From: a virus | Lineage: Duplodnaviria; Caudoviricetes | Direction: 5' to 3' (one strand) | Length of the DNA: 37,189 nt | Virus record (IMG/VR): IMGVR_UViG_3300025723_000095 | Span: 1-37,189 of that record | In this document: positions 1-6,300 of the stretch, piece after piece | Layout: each line of letters begins with the position of its first letter | How positions within the stretch are numbered: the first letter of the stretch is position 1 | Made by a program: the position numbers and the translations under genes | The notes under the pieces: generated by a model | Told to the model about the DNA's origin: nothing | Database searches by the model: none | The model's input: the letters and a program-made list of their open reading frames with translations, nothing else

Positions 1-1446
1 CGCAGGAGTTACAATAGCTACCAATGGATTTATAATACCTATAATTGATTGACCTAATTCTTGTAGGTTTTTATTTGCGGCATCCATATCAGCGGCTTGT
101 GATTTTTCGCGTTCTTCTTCTGCGGCCATTTTATTAAGTTCAGCGGCAATCTGTTCTTGCGTCATGTCTTTGAACTTTGTCTGTAATGCCGTAGAATCTG
201 CAAATGATTTACTTAACTTTCCTCCTGCAAGTGCATCTGCTTGCAATACTTTTTGCAGGGCTTTTTGGTCATTTGCTCCTTCAGCAATTTGTTTTGCCAG
301 CGTGGCTCTATTAAGTTCGGCGGCTTTTTTTGTACTAATACCTGCATCATCAGCTCTTGCAGTATAATCCTTTAAGGCTTGAACACCGGCCCTTTGCGTA
401 GCCATATATAATCTACCTTCTTCTGTCATTGGCGGTAATCCCAATGCCATGGCCTTAAATGCATCAACTGCTCCTTGTCCACCTTGTGTCATAGCCAGTT
501 GCATGCCTTGACGAAGTTTATCAGCCTTTTCTTTACTCATGCTAGCCAATGCTGATTGCCATTGGGCTTCTGTATTTTCTTTATCCATTTTGGCTTGTAA
601 CTCAGCTCGACTCTTGCCTGTCAGTTGTGCCATCATATCTAACTGTTGTGCATATTCGCCAATACTTGCACTAACAGCTTTGTTATCTTTTAAAGCTTCT
701 TTGTTCATTGTGCCTTGTGCTCGCATATAACTTGCCGTAAGGTCTGCGGCATCGGCAGCACTGTATCCTAAGCTGGCTAAATTTTGTTGAGTAGGACTAC
801 CTGAAGCTAATAATTCATTCTGTATTGAAACAAACTTTTTAACACCAGCCTCCATAGATCCTCCGAGGCTTCCTATAATGGCTTGATTTTTTTGAATAGC
901 TCCAGAAAATTCAGTTAATGTTAGATATGAGTTTGCGGCAGCGGCTCGTACTTCAGTTAGTGTTCCACCAAAGGCTGCTCCTGATTTAGCCAGAGCTTGC
1001 TGTGTTTCTAAATTCTGTTGCTGATATCCTGCTAATATAGCAAACGCATTCGCAACAATACCAATTGGTCCAGGAAGTAATCCTAGACTAGCATATAAAT
1101 CCTGTGACTTATAAGTACCTGCAACTAACTTACTAGTAGCATTGTTAAATGCATTATTGACTTTTTCAATTACACCTATTTGTGCATTGATTGCTTCAAT
1201 CTCGTCCCGCAGTTTTTTTTCTGCATCTGACAGTCCACTGGCAAAATTTTGAACACTGGTATTGGCTTTGGCTACTGTTGCAGGATTAATGCCGGCTGCC
1301 CCCGCCAACCCGGCAGTTTTACTAGCGGCACTAGAACCACCTACGGCTTTCATTGCTTCTAATAACTTTAAAAGCGTAGCCTCAGAGGCGGCATTATTCA
1401 ATTCAACATTGTCTTGCCCTATAAACCCTGTTACTTTTTCTACCAT
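1..1446 (-). CDS. Tape-measure-like tail protein, N-terminal part (3' end outside window)
   Basis: ATG at 1446 (MVEKVTGFIGQDNVELNNAASEATLLKLLEAMK...) and the left window edge (...ELGQSIIGIINPLVAIVTPA) are in the same frame. Absent from the ORF track, consistent with no stop in the window. Ala/Gly/Gln/Leu-rich helical composition, next to baseplate hub/chaperone genes, AATAAATA motif upstream. Confidence 0.7.
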   Translation of the reverse strand, partial: MVEKVTGFIGQDNVELNNAASEATLLKLLEAMKAVGGSSAASKTAGLAGAAGINPATVAKANTSVQNFASGLSDAEKKLRDEIEAINAQIGVIEKVNNAFNNATSKLVAGTYKSQDLYASLGLLPGPIGIVANAFAILAGYQQQNLETQQALAKSGAAFGGTLTEVRAAAANSYLTLTEFSGAIQKNQAIIGSLGGSMEAGVKKFVSIQNELLASGSPTQQNLASLGYSAADAADLTASYMRAQGTMNKEALKDNKAVSASIGEYAQQLDMMAQLTGKSRAELQAKMDKENTEAQWQSALASMSKEKADKLRQGMQLAMTQGGQGAVDAFKAMALGLPPMTEEGRLYMATQRAGVQALKDYTARADDAGISTKKAAELNRATLAKQIAEGANDQKALQKVLQADALAGGKLSKSFADSTALQTKFKDMTQEQIAAELNKMAAEEEREKSQAADMDAANKNLQELGQSIIGIINPLVAIVTPA

Positions 1447-1470
1447 TGTTTTTCCGTGGTTTTATGCGTA

Positions 1471-1478
1471 TATAAATA
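1471..1478 (+). promoter_or_regulatory. T4-type late promoter TATAAATA for the gp26-like gene
   Basis: Exact T4 gp55 consensus about 45 nt upstream of ATG 1523; a gp55-like sigma is encoded in the window. Confidence 0.75.
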
Positions 1479-1501
1479 CTCTAAAGAATATATCTTCAAG
1501 T

Positions 1502-1509
1502 TATTTATT
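1502..1509 (-). promoter_or_regulatory. Late promoter-like AATAAATA for the tape-measure-like gene
   Basis: Plus strand tatttatt; TAAATA core about 55 nt upstream of ATG 1446. Confidence 0.6.
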
Positions 1510-1522
1510 AGGAATCAAAACC

Positions 1523-2380
1523 ATGAATTCATCCGTTAATCCATTATCTGCATTTATGCGTCAGCCCAAGATCTACATTCGGCTGCCTAGTGGAGGTAAT
1601 TATTGGCCCGAAGGCAGTATTGAAATTCCAGAAACTGGAGAACTTCCTGTTTATTCGATGACTGCTAAAGATGAGCTAATGCTAAAAGTACCCGATGCAT
1701 TAATGAATGGACAAGCTATAGTTGATGTCATTCAGCATTGTATTCCTGCTATTAAAAATGCTTGGGTAACTCCAAACATTGATTTAGATATTATATTAAT
1801 TGCTATTCGTTTAGCCACATACGGTGAAATGATGACCACTCCTGTTAAGTTTGGCGATGATTTAGAATTAGAATATCAAATGGATCTTCGAGTATTAATG
1901 GATCAACTAATGAATCAAATTACTTGGAATCCTATAGTACCTATCACAGATGAGCTAACTGTATTTGTTCGTCCGTTAAACTATCGACAATTAAGTTCTG
2001 CGGCCTTAAAAACTTTTGAAACTCAAAAGATCATGCAAGTAGTAAATGATGACAAAATTTCTGAGGATGACAAAATAAAACTTTTTAAAGAAAGTTTTAA
2101 GAAACTCACTGATACTACTTTAGGAACTATCAGTGATAGTATCAGTAAAATTGAAAGTGCTAGTGGTAGCACAGAGGACCCTACTTTTATCAAAGAGTTT
2201 GTAGATAATATTGATAAAGAAATGTTTAATGTGATACAAAGTCACTTAGAGAATCTCAAAGATGTCAATGCAATTAAACCTATGACTGTAACTGTAACTG
2301 ATGAAATGAGAGAAAAGGGTATTACAGGCGATACCATAGAAGTTCCAATTACATTTGATCCATCAACTTTTTTCGTCTAA
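1523..2380 (+). CDS. gp26: T4 gp26-like baseplate hub/tail assembly protein
   Basis: Start reassigned to ATG 1523 (AGGA RBS upstream; MNSSVNPLSAFMRQPKIYIRLPSGG...). Motifs LPS.G, MTAKDEL, D.D.ILIAIR.ATYGE and a C-terminal ...STFF resemble the gp26 family. The ORF-track extension from 1262 is antisense to the tape-measure gene. Confidence 0.7.
   Translation: MNSSVNPLSAFMRQPKIYIRLPSGGNYWPEGSIEIPETGELPVYSMTAKDELMLKVPDALMNGQAIVDVIQHCIPAIKNAWVTPNIDLDIILIAIRLATYGEMMTTPVKFGDDLELEYQMDLRVLMDQLMNQITWNPIVPITDELTVFVRPLNYRQLSSAALKTFETQKIMQVVNDDKISEDDKIKLFKESFKKLTDTTLGTISDSISKIESASGSTEDPTFIKEFVDNIDKEMFNVIQSHLENLKDVNAIKPMTVTVTDEMREKGITGDTIEVPITFDPSTFFV
2368..2374 (+). promoter_or_regulatory. Candidate -1 programmed ribosomal frameshift heptamer T TTT TTC
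   Basis: X XXY YYZ pattern in the gp26 frame, one codon before its stop. The -1 frame is open from 2359 and is the frame of the downstream gp51-like ORF. Confidence 0.6.
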
Positions 2381-2385
2381 GGCTT

Positions 2386-2604
2386 TTGACACTAGACATA
2401 GACGGCATTAATCAACTTGTCAAAGATTACGAGTTAGAGTCAAAAGCCATTAAAGATGAATTATTTAGAATATGTTGGTATATGAGAGGTGGTGTTACCT
2501 TCTCAGAAAGTTTGATGTTGTGTCACGAAGACAGACAAATAATTGCTAAGATTATTGAAAAGAATTTAGAAATCACCAAAGAGAGTGGACAACCTTTCTT
2601 TTAG
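2386..2604 (+). CDS. T4 gp51-like baseplate hub assembly chaperone (probably expressed as a frameshift fusion to the upstream gene)
   Basis: 72-aa ORF (ELFRICWYMRGGVTFSESLMLCHEDRQII) in the gp51 position after gp26; only a TTG start with no clear Shine-Dalgarno. Confidence 0.6.
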   Translation: MTLDIDGINQLVKDYELESKAIKDELFRICWYMRGGVTFSESLMLCHEDRQIIAKIIEKNLEITKESGQPFF

Positions 2605-3320
2605 ATCATCTGTCCTAAGAACTTGCTGTGAAATTCCATAACAGATTTCTTTTTCTTCTTTTTGTTTTCGTGAATGCCTTGAGCGGCTGCTCTAGCTATT
2701 AGGCCTTTGTCTTGTTGCCATCCAGGTTTTGCTTTTTCTGCTTTAACAGCGGCAACCAAATCATTATCTTTCTGTGATGTAGCGGCATTGGCTTGCTGTG
2801 TTTGTTGCATTTGCTGTTGAGCTTGTTGTTGATCAGCTTGCCCTTGTGCTTGTCGAGCGGCTGATTGTTGTTTAAGTTGATCTAAATCAACAGCTTGCCC
2901 CTGCGCCGGTTGCGGAGCGGCTGGTTGATTTTGTATTTTAGAAATTACTTCTTTTTTGCTAACCGGATCCATCTTAGACACAGTTTGTACTATTTGATCT
3001 ACTTCTGAAGGATTGGTAACAGGAGGTTGTTGAGTAGTATTTTGTGTTGTTTGGGGATTTGTTGTAGTTGGTTGACCTTGTACTGGTTGTTGTACAGGTT
3101 TGGTAGATTTAAGTCCGCCTGCTCTACTAACATTCCTTTGAGCTACTTTGGCTACTCTATCTCGATTTTGTCCATAAACATCTTTAGCTCCCTGCCAGGC
3201 TCCTTGAACTCCACCTACAGCTTTTCCTAACCCTTTGGCTACTGTACCTATACCCTTACCTATCCCAGCTAGGCTTAATTCATCTAATTGTTGTTCAGAG
3301 ATAAGTTCAGAGATATGCAT
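2601..3320 (-). CDS. Q/P/A-rich hypothetical late protein, candidate internal head protein
   Basis: 239-aa ORF with TATAAATA upstream; N-terminus MHISELISEQQLDE; low-complexity Gln-rich middle; basic KKKKKK near the C-terminus. Confidence 0.6.
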   Translation of the reverse strand: MHISELISEQQLDELSLAGIGKGIGTVAKGLGKAVGGVQGAWQGAKDVYGQNRDRVAKVAQRNVSRAGGLKSTKPVQQPVQGQPTTTNPQTTQNTTQQPPVTNPSEVDQIVQTVSKMDPVSKKEVISKIQNQPAAPQPAQGQAVDLDQLKQQSAARQAQGQADQQQAQQQMQQTQQANAATSQKDNDLVAAVKAEKAKPGWQQDKGLIARAAAQGIHENKKKKKKSVMEFHSKFLGQMI

Positions 3321-3349
3321 AAAGGTAAAGTCCTAAGTAATAGTAAGTT

Positions 3350-3357
3350 TATTTATA
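3350..3357 (-). promoter_or_regulatory. T4-type late promoter TATAAATA for the 2601-3320 gene
   Basis: Exact consensus on the minus strand, 30 nt upstream of ATG 3320, directly after the last hairpin of the structured region. Confidence 0.75.
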
Positions 3358-3797
3358 ATGAGCTGACGCTCATTTGCTCTTTCGTTATCACTCAGAGCAA
3401 CTGTTATCTTCGTAGAAGATTCTAGTATCATCCAGATTCTTTGGTCACACTTTGCCCGCACAGGGCAAAAAATGACATCATCCGAGTTCGAACAGTCACT
3501 TAGTGTTAGAGCGTTACAGTGGCGGTTGACCGGTACCACGAGCTCCGTCTTTATATCAACGGCAGTTTACATATATACACTAACATATGTGTAAACCTGG
3601 GGTTTCTCTCCCCTCCTTTTTGCCTTTTTTCTATTCTTCAAACAACTAAACCACGGCGAATTTGTGATCTTGGTCCTGTAAAGGATACTAGTTGAGTACT
3701 CTTAGCGGCGAGAGATTTCCATCCCTGTGATCCGAGATCCAGGTCTAGGGCATCCGAAATTGGCTGATGCTTGCTTATGTACCGCTGATGAGCCTAG
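3358..3797 (-). ncRNA. Putative large structured non-coding RNA (~440 nt) of unrecognised family
   Basis: Only long intergenic gap in the window. About 44% GC by hand count over 3361-3780, against visibly AT-richer flanks. More than 10 stems (e.g. 3358-3373, 3374-3400, 3406-3420, 3444-3476, 3509-3545, 3565-3596, 3599-3613, 3643-3694, 3699-3714) and two loop-mediated long-range pairings. Strand inferred from co-orientation with flanking genes and minus-strand GGAA/GAAA loop sequences. Confidence 0.6.
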
Positions 3798-4219
3798 GGT
3801 TTTTTAATTATGTGTGAGCCATGGACACGAACTTGTATATTATTGTTATAATACTCAGTAGATTCTAATACTTTATGTTCAAATTGTAATTTTGCTTCGG
3901 TATAAGAACATTCTGATTTGCTTTTACAGTAATATAATATTTCTCGTTTAAAATTTTCTATGCCTAATTTTTCTATGTCTGCGGTGAGTTCGACACTGGA
4001 ACCCCAATATAGCCGCCAATCTGATTCTATTTTACTTCTAATCTTTTTCTTTTTCTTTGTGCCATTCTTTAATTTTACTGTCTTGTATGCGGTTTTACTA
4101 AATTTTGCCAGTTTCTTGCCTATGTATTTTCTATTGTTGGTTAAATTGGTGATGAGATATACAAAGCCCACCGTGTCTTCAGGAAGTTCCTCCACTATTT
4201 GATTTTGATATGTCCACAT
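3794..4219 (-). CDS. GIY-YIG family endonuclease (Seg-like catalytic domain only)
   Basis: GFVYLITN...KYIGKK motif, FKREIL, likely catalytic Glu in YTEAK, and YYN Asn. 141 aa with a Lys-rich insertion. Confidence 0.85.
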   Translation of the reverse strand: MWTYQNQIVEELPEDTVGFVYLITNLTNNRKYIGKKLAKFSKTAYKTVKLKNGTKKKKKIRSKIESDWRLYWGSSVELTADIEKLGIENFKREILYYCKSKSECSYTEAKLQFEHKVLESTEYYNNNIQVRVHGSHIIKKP

Positions 4220-4517
4220 TTTTTCTTCTTGAGTGACTAGGTCCGCCTGGTCCTCTTTTTTCCGGCAAGGTGAATCCTGTATAAGTCTTCTTTCTTTGTT
4301 CTTTGAGTAATATATTATTTTCTAAATATGCTTGTCTACAAGCCTTTTTCATTTCTCTTTCTAATCTAGCCATCGCTGTTAACGCAACTCTGACTTTTTT
4401 ACCAGATTCGTGTCCTATACGTTTCACAAATATGTTATGATAGTTATGTACGATAACAAGTTGCTTTACATATTCTGAGTAGAGCCTCTTGTATTCTTCC
4501 ATGTATTTGTTATACAT
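4179..4517 (-). CDS. Basic hypothetical protein, possibly nucleic-acid binding (weak resemblance to the Hc1-like helical domain)
   Basis: 112-aa K/R-rich ORF directly after the gp46 stop, overlapping the GIY-YIG start by 41 nt; segment GHESGKKVRVALTAMARLEREMKK. Confidence 0.55.
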   Translation of the reverse strand: MYNKYMEEYKRLYSEYVKQLVIVHNYHNIFVKRIGHESGKKVRVALTAMARLEREMKKACRQAYLENNILLKEQRKKTYTGFTLPEKRGPGGPSHSRRKNVDISKSNSGGTS

Positions 4518-4518
4518 A

Positions 4519-6300
4519 TTATACTACATCCAAACTATTAGAATATGAAGTAAAACCGCCTTCTTTTATCACTCGAAGGACACTATTTACCCGACCTTGT
4601 AGCTCATCCTTGTGAGATATGAGGTAAATGTTCTTGTTACGCTCGCGGCTCATCTTCTTAAGTACTGCTAGTGCACTTTCAACTCCTGCGGCATCCATAC
4701 CAGCATCAACTAACTCGTCGATGAACAGCAAGTTAATATGTTGATACAAGCCTTCCCATACATCACGGAAAGCAAAACTCATGCTGAGTATTAACCTATT
4801 GCGTTCTCCACGACTTAAATTATCAAAATCTAAGTCCTGACCTAGCTGAGTAATCTCAACGGTGAGGTCATTTTGAAACACAACCTGATGTGGTAGTCCT
4901 AGTTTGTCAATATAATAAGTCAATCGCTTGTTAAGGTAGTTCAAATTCTGATCAATAATCTTTTTACGGATAAAGCTATCTTTGTTTGTCAACAGTTTGT
5001 ACAAGAATTCCTGATGATCTCTAAGTTTAGTTAGAGTATTGATCATGTCCCAGTTGATTTCTTGAAGTGCGGTACTCTTTAATTCGTCAATTTGTTCGTT
5101 ATACGGATTAGGCTCGTCGGCTCTTTCTGTTAATTTCTTTTCTAGGCTGTCTAAATTGTTTTTATGACCCAGCGCTTCTGCTTCTGTTTCATAGAATGTC
5201 TGTGGCTTACGCGGTTGCTCCCCGATAGCATCAATTGCTGAACATATATCTGTGTAATCTTTTTTAATTTTATCAAGATATGTTGTAGCTTCTTCGACAT
5301 GTTTTATTGATTCTGTGGTCATCTCTCCATGTTTGTGGTCATGAAGATCTTGTTCACACGCCGGACATTGTTTATTGCCTAATTTTTTTAATTCATTTAG
5401 ATACTTGTTGAGAGTTTTTTCGCCTTGTATGGCCGCAGATTCCAGTGTGGCCTTTTGTTTTCTAAGACCTGTAAGTTTAGAATCGTTGTCAAGCCAAGTT
5501 TTTAACTCAACATGTGTTGTTAATTCACTTTCGATATCAACCTCAGTTAGCGTATGGATACTATTCAACAAAGAAGTTAAGTCGGCTTCTTTTTTACTTT
5601 CCCAAGCACTGCTTTTAATAGTCAAACTATCAATACTCTTCTGTACACTTTCGTTGGCTGCCTTGATACCTGAGATCTTAAACTCTTCTGCTTGTATAGA
5701 ATCCTTAGTTTCTTTAACCAAGAGCTTTAGCCCTTCGGCCTTTTCACTGAGTAGAGTAATACCCAGTAACTGTTCGATGATCTCACGCTGATCAGCGGCC
5801 TTCATACTTAGGAAAGGTTCAGTATAAGTGTTAAGGGCCACTAGATGTTTGAACATAGTATGCGACATTTCTAGCATCTGCTCAATGGCTTTCTGTGTTT
5901 CTCTACTATCACCTTGACTATCATCTTCGGATTCTTCAGTCTTAAGTTGATTGTCGTTGACAAATAATCGCAGAATATTAGGTTTACGGCCTCTCTCTAT
6001 ACGATATTTGTTGCCACCCTTTTCAAATTCAACAGTGACCAGCATACCTTTACTGTTGACTTTGTTAATTAGATTCTCTTTGCGGATGTTAGTTAATGCT
6101 TGACCATAGAGTGCATAGCTCAAGGCGTTGATAATGGTAGTTTTGCCTGTGCCGTTACGAGATCCTGTATCATCACCACCTAGATCTAAATTACTACCTA
6201 GTACCAAAGTTAAGTGTTCTTGGTCAAAGTCTACAGCCTGGGTCTGTGCACCCACACTCATAAAGTTTTTTACAGTTAAATTTAATATTCGAAATGTCAT
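4519..6300 (-). CDS. gp46: Recombination endonuclease ATPase subunit (gp46/SbcC/Rad50-like)
   Basis: KNFMS, Walker A NGTGKTT, coiled coil with zinc hook CPAC, signature LSRGE, Walker B LFIDE, ISHK. Confidence 0.93.
   Translation of the reverse strand: MTFRILNLTVKNFMSVGAQTQAVDFDQEHLTLVLGSNLDLGGDDTGSRNGTGKTTIINALSYALYGQALTNIRKENLINKVNSKGMLVTVEFEKGGNKYRIERGRKPNILRLFVNDNQLKTEESEDDSQGDSRETQKAIEQMLEMSHTMFKHLVALNTYTEPFLSMKAADQREIIEQLLGITLLSEKAEGLKLLVKETKDSIQAEEFKISGIKAANESVQKSIDSLTIKSSAWESKKEADLTSLLNSIHTLTEVDIESELTTHVELKTWLDNDSKLTGLRKQKATLESAAIQGEKTLNKYLNELKKLGNKQCPACEQDLHDHKHGEMTTESIKHVEEATTYLDKIKKDYTDICSAIDAIGEQPRKPQTFYETEAEALGHKNNLDSLEKKLTERADEPNPYNEQIDELKSTALQEINWDMINTLTKLRDHQEFLYKLLTNKDSFIRKKIIDQNLNYLNKRLTYYIDKLGLPHQVVFQNDLTVEITQLGQDLDFDNLSRGERNRLILSMSFAFRDVWEGLYQHINLLFIDELVDAGMDAAGVESALAVLKKMSRERNKNIYLISHKDELQGRVNSVLRVIKEGGFTSYSNSLDVV

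Noticed and set aside
1262-1522. N-terminal extension of the 372-aa ORF
   Set aside because: It is antisense to the tape-measure gene start and crosses the promoter region. ATG 1523 has an RBS and a late promoter upstream.
2780-3100. ttg/ctg-rich quasi-repeats
   Set aside because: Explained by Gln codons of the low-complexity protein; not a regular DNA repeat.
3427-3488. CRISPR or TIGR-like repeat array
   Set aside because: Only two short 7-nt repeat cores, no periodic array, and no cas or Nop-domain gene in the window.
3333-3539. 68-aa minus-strand ORF inside the structured region
   Set aside because: GTG start buried in a stem, no recognisable motif, and it overlaps the hairpins and the late promoter. 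More likely incidental, though not excluded.
3745-3800. Hammerhead-like CTGATGAG (3785-3792) with an upstream CGAAA on the plus strand
   Set aside because: I could not build stems I and III or a correctly placed NUH cleavage triplet.
3358-4219. Group I or II intron carrying a homing endonuclease
   Set aside because: No interrupted host gene (flanking ORFs have their own starts and stops), and no recognisable P7 or domain V core.
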